27,173 bases of DNA from Thermoproteota archaeon (lineage in GTDB: Archaea; Korarchaeota; Korarchaeia; Korarchaeales; Korarchaeaceae): NCBI GenBank assembly GCA_015522685.1, contig WALU01000045.1, positions 1-27,173 on the forward strand. The letters are read 5' to 3'. Each line of letters starts with the position of its first letter. Within the stretch, counting starts at the first letter, position 1. The position numbers and the translations under genes were made by a program. The notes below the pieces were generated by a model. That model did not search any database. It saw nothing but the letters and a program-made list of their open reading frames with translations, and was not told the DNA's origin. Below, piece after piece: positions 9,082-17,843 of the stretch.

Positions 9082-11466
9082 CTAAATAGATTCATGCTCC
9101 ATTCTAGATATTATCTCATCTTGTAGGTCCTTGCCTATAGCGACGAAGAAATCGCTATACCCTGCTACCCTCACTAGAAGGTTTCTATATTTCTCAGGCT
9201 CTTCCTGAGCCTCTCTCAAGGTATCAGCGCTCACGACGTTGAACTGTATATGATGCCCACCCAGCTTGAAGAATGCCCTTATGAGATGAGCTAGCTTCCT
9301 TACATCCTCTTCAGTTTTAAGGGTTTGTGGAGAGAACTTCATGTTAAGGAGAGTCCCTCCTGTCTTTACATGATCCCACTTAGCTACGGATTTTATTACA
9401 GCGGTTGGCCCCTTCCTATCTGCTCCCTGAACTGGGGAAACTCCCTCAGAAACTGGCTCGCTAGCCTTTCTACCATCTGGCGTAGCCCCTACTACCTTCC
9501 CAAAGTATATGTGTACGGTAGTTGGGAGCAAATTAGCTCTATAGACGCCTCCTCTAGTGTTAGGTTTCCCATCTAAGAGTTTGACATAGATATCAACGAG
9601 CTTTATAGCTATCTCATCAGCATAATCATCATCGTTGCCATACTTAGGCGTCTTATTCCAGAGAATCTGTCTCAGTAATTCATATTCTCCTTCGAAATTG
9701 CTAGATAATGCCTTTAATAAGGTGTTCATGTTAAACGTCCTCCTATCAAATATGTGATACTTGATAGCAACTAGGCTATCGGTTATAGTTCCTAACCCAG
9801 TTCCTTGAATATAGCTTGTATTATACCTCGGACCTCCATTGTTGTAATCCTTACCCTTCTCTATGCAATCATCTATCAGTAGAGAGAGAAATGGCTGAGG
9901 AATATACTTAGCATACAATCTTTCTATGATATTATTTCCTATTATCTTGAGATTAATGAAATATTTGAGCTGCTTCTTATACACCTCAAAAAGCTCCTCG
10001 AAAGACTTGAACTCTCTAGGATCTCCAGTCTCTATTCCTACCTTCATTCTTGTTCTTGGATCAAAGCCGTTGTTTAAGGTAATCTCTAGGATCTTCGTCC
10101 AATTCATATAACCAGTGAGACCAACAGTCTCCTTACCAAATGCGCCTATTGTGACGCAACCGCTAGGTCCACCTAGTCTAGCATCTTTCAGGGTTTTACT
10201 CTGCCTCAGATGCTCCATTATTATAACATCTGTATTGAATATGGATGGCTTGGGGTGACCAGTAGCTATTATCCTGAGAGCCTTGAGAAGAAGCCAGTCT
10301 GGGGTTTTCTCACTTATCTGAATGCATAAATTGGGCATCATAATTCTAAGCTCATCTTCAACCTCTAATATAAGATCCGAAAGCTCATTGGCCACTGGTC
10401 TCCCATATTCATCAACTCCACCTAGATTTGGAGTGCTGAAGTCTTGATACGTGTTGCTCTGCTCCTTCGTCACTCCTACCTTCGGAGGAGCCGGTTGGTT
10501 ATGAATCTTTATCCATAAACAGGCTAACAGTTCCTTAGCTTGCTCCCTAGTTAATCTGCCCTCTTCTAGATCCTTCTTATAGAAGGGATACCACCATAGA
10601 TCTATCCTCCCAGGATTGAAGGAGTCCCAAACGTTTGTCTCTGACGTAACCCCTAGGTGAATGAACCAGTACATCTGTAATGCTTCCCAGAAGTTCCTAG
10701 GGGCATGAGCCGGAACCCAGCTGCAGACCTCATCTATCTGCTCTAACTCCTTCTTTCTTTTGGGATCTACCTCCTCATCTGCCATCCTCTTTGCTAGATC
10801 CGCATATCTATTGGCGAAATTTATCATAGCATCTATTGTTATTTCCATTGCTAGGAGTTCTTGATCCTTCTCCCAAGCTTCAGGATCATCTAACCAGTCT
10901 ATTTCTCTTCTTCTCTCTTGAACCTTCCTCTTGAAATCTAGAAGGCCCATTTTGTAGATCTTATCATCCATTATAGCATGACCCATAGCCCTCTGTTCCA
11001 TGAACTCTGTGAATACACCAGCCTTAAATGCTTTCATCCAAGCTTCTGGCATATTCCTGAAGATCATGCTTCTCATATCCTTATTCTTCCAGAAAGGAAT
11101 TATCTTCTCTTCATATATCTTCTTGACCTCATCCTTTACTATATAGGGGTTATCTTTCATGGAGTTGAGATTCTCTAAATCCTCCAAAGAGTGAAGGCAT
11201 TGCTCTGGATATGTGGGAACCGCTCTTGGTCCCCTTCCCTTCTCCCCCACTATGAGTTCACCGTCCTCTATACCTATTGTTTTATTCTCCAGATAATACT
11301 TGAAGGCCATAGCCCTAAGGACTGGAGGAGATAGACCCCTCGCCTGATCGCTTTTATAAAACTGAGTTATAAGAGTAGCACGCTCAGGATCTATATAAGG
11401 AGTTCTTAAGCTTTGCTCACGGAGCTTAGATATCCTCCTATTAAGACCTGTGAGAATAGTTACCAT
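9082..11466 (-). CDS. Glycyl radical enzyme, HypD (4-hydroxyproline dehydratase)-like with a non-canonical GCVT Cys loop
   Basis: RVAGYS (Gly769), SGCVT (Cys437). HypD-type segments EFMEQRAxGH, NQPAPPKVG, FGKExxxLTGY, LPTTxHIYFG, DHxKTGGTLLN. Confidence 0.92.
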   Translation of the reverse strand: MVTILTGLNRRISKLREQSLRTPYIDPERATLITQFYKSDQARGLSPPVLRAMAFKYYLENKTIGIEDGELIVGEKGRGPRAVPTYPEQCLHSLEDLENLNSMKDNPYIVKDEVKKIYEEKIIPFWKNKDMRSMIFRNMPEAWMKAFKAGVFTEFMEQRAMGHAIMDDKIYKMGLLDFKRKVQERRREIDWLDDPEAWEKDQELLAMEITIDAMINFANRYADLAKRMADEEVDPKRKKELEQIDEVCSWVPAHAPRNFWEALQMYWFIHLGVTSETNVWDSFNPGRIDLWWYPFYKKDLEEGRLTREQAKELLACLWIKIHNQPAPPKVGVTKEQSNTYQDFSTPNLGGVDEYGRPVANELSDLILEVEDELRIMMPNLCIQISEKTPDWLLLKALRIIATGHPKPSIFNTDVIIMEHLRQSKTLKDARLGGPSGCVTIGAFGKETVGLTGYMNWTKILEITLNNGFDPRTRMKVGIETGDPREFKSFEELFEVYKKQLKYFINLKIIGNNIIERLYAKYIPQPFLSLLIDDCIEKGKDYNNGGPRYNTSYIQGTGLGTITDSLVAIKYHIFDRRTFNMNTLLKALSSNFEGEYELLRQILWNKTPKYGNDDDYADEIAIKLVDIYVKLLDGKPNTRGGVYRANLLPTTVHIYFGKVVGATPDGRKASEPVSEGVSPVQGADRKGPTAVIKSVAKWDHVKTGGTLLNMKFSPQTLKTEEDVRKLAHLIRAFFKLGGHHIQFNVVSADTLREAQEEPEKYRNLLVRVAGYSDFFVAIGKDLQDEIISRMEHESI

Positions 11467-11591
11467 ACTAAGTCGCCGCGTACTAACCCTAAGGCAACCT
11501 TATTACTTTTATCATGGACCTTCGGCATGTAATATTGTTTATATCAGTAATTATTATTTGCGCAAGAGCCTCATTTTTAAATTGATTTAAA

Positions 11592-11723
11592 ATGGGAAAC
11601 TTCATGACCACTATGAGGCTAGGCATGCCAGAGGGCATTGCAAAACTGTCTATTTTCTTGACATCTGAGGATCCTGAAAATAACAGGCCAGCATATGCAA
11701 CACAAACAGCAGATTATCTGTAA
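11592..11723 (+). pseudogene. C-terminal remnant of a short-chain dehydrogenase/reductase
   Basis: Manual translation MRLGMPEGIAKLSIFLTSED, then after a frameshift ITGQ (11680-11691); matches the SDR tail RxGxPExIAxxxxFLxSxxxxxITGQ. Confidence 0.6.
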
Positions 11724-12083
11724 GCACCTACTGGCTACTTTATGAACTCCTTAAGACTCATACACAAAAGTAGTGGCTCCTATTCAAGAACCAGTGAATG
11801 AAACCATTTGTAAAAAATAAATACATTATAATGCCATTAAAATATGCAATATTGTTGTCATAATGTCTTCATAGTACGAAATTTCTGTCGAAATAATGGA
11901 AAGAGCGATTGCTGCTTTGACCCCCTCATATAAATATCTATTTAATTTAAGATAATGTAACTTAAAAATGCATGATCTTAGTCTAGAAAGTATTACGCTC
12001 ATATATGCCCTATCTCAAATTCATACATATTCAATCAATGTTATCATGCTGACTGATATGAAGAAAGAAAAGATAAATTCTAA

Positions 12084-12101
12084 CCGAAAAGGTTATTATA
12101 T
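12084..12101 (+). promoter_or_regulatory. BRE/TATA promoter of the ABC transporter operon
   Basis: CCGAAAAGG-TTATTATAT about 28 bp upstream of ATG 12129. Confidence 0.6.
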
Positions 12102-12128
12102 CTCCTTAAGACCTAGCTGAGGGTTAAG

Positions 12129-13466
12129 ATGAGACGTAGAGGTTTGTCAATCTCAGCATTAGCTATTTTCTTAATAGTTGTTCTCATCATAGGTATAGGT
12201 ATAGGTTATTTAATTCCTAGAGGTGCGCCAACAGCAGTAGTAACTAAAACAGTCACTACAGGTGCGGGAACTACAGCTACTATAACGAAGACAATTACTG
12301 CTGCAGGTGCAGGAGGTTTACCTTCAGAAATCCCAATAGGCGTCTTAAACGCACTTAGTGGCAGCTTCGGAACATTTGGAACGAGAGGACAGGCAGCCCT
12401 AGAGGTAGCTGAGAAGGATATAAATGATTACGTCAAGAAATTAGGTCTTAATGTAAGATTTAAGTTCTATTACGAGGATTATGCTACGAAGCCTGATGTA
12501 GCCCTTCAGAAAGTCCAATCTCTGGCTGCAAGAGGGATAAAGGTTATAGTAGGCGGTCTCATAAGTGGCGCAGTCAAACAGGTATCTTCCTATGCAAATA
12601 CTAACAAGATAGTGATAATAGCTGGCGCATCGACAGCTCCTAGAGAGTCTGTAGCTCCGCCTGGAGGCTATGTATTCAGGGTACTACCTCCATGTGGGGC
12701 TGAGGGTGAAGCTCTGGTAGCAGTTCTCAAGGATAAAGGGATAAAAAATGTTGCTATGATAACTACAGAGGATACATACAGCCTCTCCATTCGCAAAGCA
12801 TTCGCTTCTGCAGCAAAGGCGGCAGGCATCAACATAGTGCTAGATACCACATTCCCGCCGGAAACAAAGGACTTTACTGCTCACTTAGATGCTCTGGAAC
12901 GCGCTGTAACTCCTTACGTACAAAAAAGTGAGCCTATAGCTGTATTCATGAATGTATGGGAGAATCATATACCTCTTCTATTAGATCAAGCTAATAAGAG
13001 AAAAAGTCCCCTTATGAACTTACTTTGGATAGTTCCTGATACAATTCCACTGAGCACGATAGTTCTAAAGGAATCTGGAAAACTAGCAGAGAAGGTTAAA
13101 CTGATAGGACCTCTATTCACGGCCCCAGCGTCAAGTGCTCATAGGCATGTTAGTGAAGCTGTAAGGGCTAAGTTAGGACAGGAACCTGATGTATATGCCC
13201 TTGCTGGTTACGATGCCGCTTGGATTGCAGCTCTCTCCATACTCATGAGTCGTAGTTATGATGCTGAGGCCATAAAGAACACAATACCCCTTGTTTCAAA
13301 GCTTTACTGGGGAGCTACTGGAAATATAGAACTAGATCAGAATGGAGATAGAAAAGTCATGGATCAGGAGCTATATGCCGTTGTTAACGGCCAATGGAAG
13401 GTAGTCGCTGTATACAAATCTCTTGAGAAGAGCTTAACATGGGTTGTACCGATCAATGTCCCATGA
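12129..13466 (+). CDS. Liv-type amino acid ABC transporter substrate-binding protein, membrane-anchored
   Basis: N-terminal TM helix and Thr-rich linker; IPIGVL..LSG, ED...KP, STAP, YDAAW, GATG.I.LDQNGDR. Confidence 0.9.
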   Translation: MRRRGLSISALAIFLIVVLIIGIGIGYLIPRGAPTAVVTKTVTTGAGTTATITKTITAAGAGGLPSEIPIGVLNALSGSFGTFGTRGQAALEVAEKDINDYVKKLGLNVRFKFYYEDYATKPDVALQKVQSLAARGIKVIVGGLISGAVKQVSSYANTNKIVIIAGASTAPRESVAPPGGYVFRVLPPCGAEGEALVAVLKDKGIKNVAMITTEDTYSLSIRKAFASAAKAAGINIVLDTTFPPETKDFTAHLDALERAVTPYVQKSEPIAVFMNVWENHIPLLLDQANKRKSPLMNLLWIVPDTIPLSTIVLKESGKLAEKVKLIGPLFTAPASSAHRHVSEAVRAKLGQEPDVYALAGYDAAWIAALSILMSRSYDAEAIKNTIPLVSKLYWGATGNIELDQNGDRKVMDQELYAVVNGQWKVVAVYKSLEKSLTWVVPINVP

Positions 13467-13473
13467 GTTATAT

Positions 13474-13499
13474 CCCTTTTCTTTATTTTATTTATTTCT
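13474..13499 (+). terminator. U-rich terminator-like tract after the binding-protein gene
   Basis: CCCTTTTCTTTATTTTATTTATTTCT follows the stop. Confidence 0.45.
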
Positions 13500-13549
13500 A
13501 TATAGAATAGCTATTAGTTACGATTTAGGTCGTTAGCTAGGTGATTCTT

Positions 13550-14332
13550 ATGGATAGCACCATTGATTACAGTCAAGTAATCTTACACACAGATAAACTT
13601 ACGAAGAGGTTTGGTGGTCTTATAGCTGTCAATGAGGTCACTCTTAATGTTAAAAGAGGTTCAATTACGCTATTAATAGGTCCTAATGGATGCGGTAAAA
13701 CTACATTTGTTAATACCATTACTGGATATTATAAACCCGATGGAGGCAGGGTATTCTTCGATGGAGGGGATATTACCGGTTTACCCCTAAATAAAACATA
13801 CGAGAAAGGATTAGTAAGGACTTTTCAAATACCATTTCCCTTTCTTAAGCTGAGCGTTCTGGAGAATCTATTAGTTGCTGCCAGAAACAATCCTGGAGAG
13901 AAATTCACGAGGCATCTTATAAAAAGCTCGTGGATAAAAGTGGAGGAGCAACTCACCGAGAAAGCCTTCAACATCATGAAGATGCTTGGAATTGAGGAGG
14001 ATTGGGATAAAGAGCCAGAATCATTAGACGCTGGGGCATTGAAGCTCATTGAAATAGGGAGGGCTCTAATATCTGATGCGAAGATGATTGCTTTGGATGA
14101 GCCGATAGCGGGAGTCAACCCAAAGCTGGCTCATAATATCTTTTCACATATAGTTAACCTAAGGAAGGAACTAGACATTACTTTTCTTATAATAGAGCAC
14201 AGGCTGGATATAGCCCTGAGGTATGTCGACTTTGTCTATGCAATGTATCGAGGAAAGATAATCTCTCAGGGAACTCCAGAAGAGATAGCAAGGGATAAGG
14301 AGGTGAGAGAGGTTTATGTGGGTGGTGAATAA
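13550..14332 (+). CDS. livG: Liv-type ABC transporter ATPase (LivG-like)
   Basis: KRFGGL, GPNGCGKTT, RTFQ, LDEPIAGVNP, IIEH; ATG 13550 follows AGGTGA. Confidence 0.88.
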   Translation: MDSTIDYSQVILHTDKLTKRFGGLIAVNEVTLNVKRGSITLLIGPNGCGKTTFVNTITGYYKPDGGRVFFDGGDITGLPLNKTYEKGLVRTFQIPFPFLKLSVLENLLVAARNNPGEKFTRHLIKSSWIKVEEQLTEKAFNIMKMLGIEEDWDKEPESLDAGALKLIEIGRALISDAKMIALDEPIAGVNPKLAHNIFSHIVNLRKELDITFLIIEHRLDIALRYVDFVYAMYRGKIISQGTPEEIARDKEVREVYVGGE

Positions 14333-15042
14333 TGCTAAAGGTAAAAAATCTCAACTCAGGTTATGGAAAGCTTCACGTGCTCTATGATGTTTCCTTAGAA
14401 TGTGAAAAAGGAGAGATAATTTCAGTAATTGGTCCTAATGGTGCAGGTAAAACGACTCTACTAAATAGCATATTTGGAATAGCAAATATATACTCAGGTT
14501 CTATCACGATAGACGGAAAGGAAACCACTAGACTTCCTGCCTACGTTATTTCTCGAATGGGGGTGGCATACGTCCTACAAATGCTCAATGTGTTTGCTCA
14601 ATTGACAGTGGAGGAAAACCTGAGGATTTCTGCTGCATATTCCAAGGTAAAAGATATCAATAAAGCTACGGAGAAAATATATGAAATATTTCCAATACTT
14701 AGGGAAAGAAAGAAGCAACTAGTTGGTACCCTCAGTGGAGGAGAGAGGCAGATGCTAGCTATAAGCATAGGGCTCATAAGGAATCCGAAAATACTTCTAC
14801 TGGATGAACCTACTGCTGGCCTAATGCCTCTATATGTTAAAATGATAGCTAACAAGATCAAGGAGATAAGAGATATGAGGGGCATCAGCATAATTCTGGT
14901 GGAACAGAATGTCCAAAAAGCTTTAGAGCTAGCTAATAAAGTCTATGTACTCGTTAGCGGCCAAATAATATTCAAAGGAAGTCCATCTGAGCTCAAAGAG
15001 AAGCATGAGATAATGAAGTTATACCTCGGTGTAGGTGAGTAA
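14332..15042 (+). CDS. livF: Liv-type ABC transporter ATPase (LivF-like)
   Basis: GPNGAGKTT, LSGGERQMLAI, LLDEPTAGL, LVEQN. Confidence 0.9.
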   Translation: MLKVKNLNSGYGKLHVLYDVSLECEKGEIISVIGPNGAGKTTLLNSIFGIANIYSGSITIDGKETTRLPAYVISRMGVAYVLQMLNVFAQLTVEENLRISAAYSKVKDINKATEKIYEIFPILRERKKQLVGTLSGGERQMLAISIGLIRNPKILLLDEPTAGLMPLYVKMIANKIKEIRDMRGISIILVEQNVQKALELANKVYVLVSGQIIFKGSPSELKEKHEIMKLYLGVGE

Positions 15043-15044
15043 CA

Positions 15045-15959
15045 ATGTTTGGAATAGGACTACCCACTATTGTAGGAGGGCTCACATGGTCTGCTCTCCT
15101 ATCCCTCATGGGTATTGGTATAACTCTCCTATATAGAACCACGAAAGTTCCAAACTTCGCCCATGCATCTTTTGTTACGACGGGGGTATATGCTTCCTTT
15201 ACGCTCTCGCTTCTGGGCTTCCATCCGTACTGGGGTATACTCGCTGGATTTATTTTAACTGGATTGGAGGCATTACTACTCTTTTACTCTATTTTAGAGC
15301 CCCTGAGAAGGAGAAAATCATCGGTATTCATACTAATGATCGGTACGCTCGCCTTCGACATTCTATTCTATGGTATACTAAATATCTATGCAGATTATCT
15401 ACAAACAGTTTTTAAAGCATCGGCTAGAGCGGTGTATCTAGCTCCGAAGGATTTCTCTATTATGGGAATCCCAGGAATAATGTTCATGTCTTTAGGAATG
15501 CTAGTAATCTCAGTACTAGGGCTATACTTGCTACTAAATAGAACCACTGTTGGTATAGCTTTAAAGGCATGCATGGAGAACACGGCGCTTGCTCAAACAA
15601 TTGGAGTGAATGTGAGCCTAATGCTCATGCTTTCATGGTTTATAGCTGGAGGGATTGCAGGCATCTCTGGAGCTCTACTACCAATGTACATTGAGACTAG
15701 TCCTGATATAGGTGTGCTTCTAGTGGCTGAAATGTTCTGTGTAAGCATCCTCGGAGGATTGGAGCAAGTCTATGGGGCGCCTCTAGGAGGATTCCTGATG
15801 GGCTTCGCTGAGGTCGTACTTACTTCATGGTTAGCCTCAGAGGTAGGCCCTTGGATAATTTCGTATACCCCATTACTACCCCTTGGAGCAATGGCTCTTA
15901 CGCTAATATTCATTCCAAAGGGATTAGCTACCATAAAAATTAGAAGAAGAGAGGGGTGA
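15045..15959 (+). CDS. livH: Liv-type ABC transporter permease (LivH-like)
   Basis: GITLLYRTTKVPNFAH, ENxxLAxxxGVN, SILGGL; hydrophobic. Confidence 0.88.
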   Translation: MFGIGLPTIVGGLTWSALLSLMGIGITLLYRTTKVPNFAHASFVTTGVYASFTLSLLGFHPYWGILAGFILTGLEALLLFYSILEPLRRRKSSVFILMIGTLAFDILFYGILNIYADYLQTVFKASARAVYLAPKDFSIMGIPGIMFMSLGMLVISVLGLYLLLNRTTVGIALKACMENTALAQTIGVNVSLMLMLSWFIAGGIAGISGALLPMYIETSPDIGVLLVAEMFCVSILGGLEQVYGAPLGGFLMGFAEVVLTSWLASEVGPWIISYTPLLPLGAMALTLIFIPKGLATIKIRRREG

Positions 15960-17011
15960 ATGAGATGTCTGTATGGAGCGACATAATACTATTTACAGTA
16001 GATCTCCTAGCCCTTTTTGGCGTTTATCTGATAATTAACATAAGCCTTAACATACAGAGAGGCTTCGCTGGTATACCTAACTTCGGTTTAATGTTTGCTA
16101 TAGCAGGGGGAGCTTATATAACTGGGGCTGTTGCTACTAGATTAGCTCTGGTCATGTTGGGAATGCATACGAACTTAGATCCCATCTTTGATAACATACC
16201 TGTTCTCTCCAAGGTTGATCCACTCTTGCAATCTCAGTCTCTTACTTCGATAGCGCTGATGATAATCCTATTAATAATAGGTGCAATCTTCGGCGCCATT
16301 TTAGGGCTTATACAGTTAGGCCCAGCAATAAGGCTAAGAGAGGATTACTTAGCTATAACCCTCCTAGCATTTGCAGAGATGATCAACGTTATAGCCGTGG
16401 CATATAAGCCATTCATCGGCGGAATTACTGGTGTGCAAGTACCAGATGTATTTGCTTGGTCAGGAGAGTATAGATTCTATATTGCTACGGCAGCAATATT
16501 GGTTGTTGCGGCGATATCCTACGTATATGCTGAATTTCTAGGTAGATCTCCTCTCGGCAGAACAATGAAGGCTATTAGAGAAAACGAAGTAGCTGCTATG
16601 GCTTTAGGGAAGAATCTAGTTAAATACAGGGCAATCGCCATGGTAATAGGGTCAGCTTTCTGCGGAATGGCTGGCGTGCTCTGGACCCTCTATGGAGATA
16701 CTGTAACCCCCACATATCATAGGTTCTACTGGACATTCCTTCCATGGTTAATGGTTCTTCTTGGAGGCTTAGGAAATAATAAAGGAGCCCTGCTAGGTAC
16801 ACTCGTCTTTACAGTATTAGATAAGCTCATTATTTACTACAAACATTCCTTAGCGGGAATGCTTCCCTTTGATGTAGTCTGGCTTGATCAAGTGTTGCTC
16901 GGCCTGATCACTGCTATAATCCTTATATATAGGCCGCAGGGTCTACTCGAAGAAAAACCCTATGTACCCAAAGAACTAGAAGCCAAATTGAAATCTATTG
17001 AGAAGAAATAG
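15956..17011 (+). CDS. livM: Liv-type ABC transporter permease (LivM-like); start may be ATG 15965
   Basis: SLNxxxGFAGIPNFG, RLREDYLAITLL, AIRENEVAAxALG, LGGLGNNKG, RPQGL. Confidence 0.88.
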   Translation: MNEMSVWSDIILFTVDLLALFGVYLIINISLNIQRGFAGIPNFGLMFAIAGGAYITGAVATRLALVMLGMHTNLDPIFDNIPVLSKVDPLLQSQSLTSIALMIILLIIGAIFGAILGLIQLGPAIRLREDYLAITLLAFAEMINVIAVAYKPFIGGITGVQVPDVFAWSGEYRFYIATAAILVVAAISYVYAEFLGRSPLGRTMKAIRENEVAAMALGKNLVKYRAIAMVIGSAFCGMAGVLWTLYGDTVTPTYHRFYWTFLPWLMVLLGGLGNNKGALLGTLVFTVLDKLIIYYKHSLAGMLPFDVVWLDQVLLGLITAIILIYRPQGLLEEKPYVPKELEAKLKSIEKK

Positions 17012-17142
17012 TTTTACTCGTATATCCTCTCCTTTTATTTTTAATTAAACTAAATGATGGATGATTTTCTTCAATTTCTTTTATCTCAGGTCAATATATT
17101 TATAAGTGATGGCATTAGTTTCTATACTAGAAAAATCAGGAA

Positions 17143-17820
17143 GTGAGTCTTCTAAGGACTGGTAAATCTCCACTGCGTTCGAAACTCATGTAACTGGTGG
17201 ACCTCTCAGGATAATATCAAGTGAGCTTCCTGAAATACCTGGCAAAACTATACTGGAGAAAAGATTCTATTTCATGAAGAATCTGGGCTATATTAGGAGA
17301 TCCCTCATGTAGGAGCCAAGAGGGCATGCCATATACGGTGCTGTAACAACAGAGTTAGTATCACTAAAAACTATTGATGTGATATAGCTCCATAATAAAG
17401 TTATACCGTTTTGAATATACGGTAATGTCTCTTGGAGGAAAGTATCCTTGGTATTAACTATAATTATTAGCACAAAGCAGTTATTTTGAGATCAAATAGA
17501 TATGCCTTCAGGCCTCGTAAGAGTGCTCGTGGAAATAAAAGAAGAGAATATTAGAAGGATTTTTCCATAACGTTCTTTCCTTTTGTCTATCTAATCTAAT
17601 GGATGAAGTTATTGAGATACCTAAAATCGAAAGAAGTTAGGTATGATATCACATATGGAAGCAATTCCTCTATTTTCATTAACTCAGGGGATGTTAGACT
17701 GAAATACACTCATAATTACTAAGGGAGTCTCATAGATAGAGATATAAATAAAGAGAGCCATCCTGAAGAGCGTAAATATGAGACGCTTCCTTCGAAGAAA
17801 ATCTAAGTTTCTTTTATATT
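17143..17820 (+). pseudogene. Proline racemase / hydroxyproline epimerase / 3-hydroxyproline dehydratase family pseudogene (not in ORF track)
   Basis: Manual translation in shifting frames: THVTGGPLRII...PEIPGKTILEKRFYF...IRRSLM*EPRGHAIYGAV...VI*LHN; IDMPSGLVRV...HNVLSF; EVRYDITYG; IKRAI...FEENLSFL. Stops at 17310 and 17385, several frameshifts, MCGH motif and C-terminus lost. Confidence 0.85.
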
Positions 17821-17843
17821 AAGTAAAAAATAAATGAGAAATG

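Noticed and set aside
9082-11466. Calling the GRE pyruvate formate-lyase or plain hypD
   Set aside because: It lacks the adjacent Cys-Cys pair of PFL and the catalytic Glu of HypD, so no gene symbol was assigned.
17310-17387. Two in-frame TAG codons in the racemase-like frame as possible pyrrolysine or amber readthrough
   Set aside because: Frameshifts, loss of MCGH and C-terminal truncation show ordinary pseudogenisation; the first TAG is plausibly TGG to TAG.
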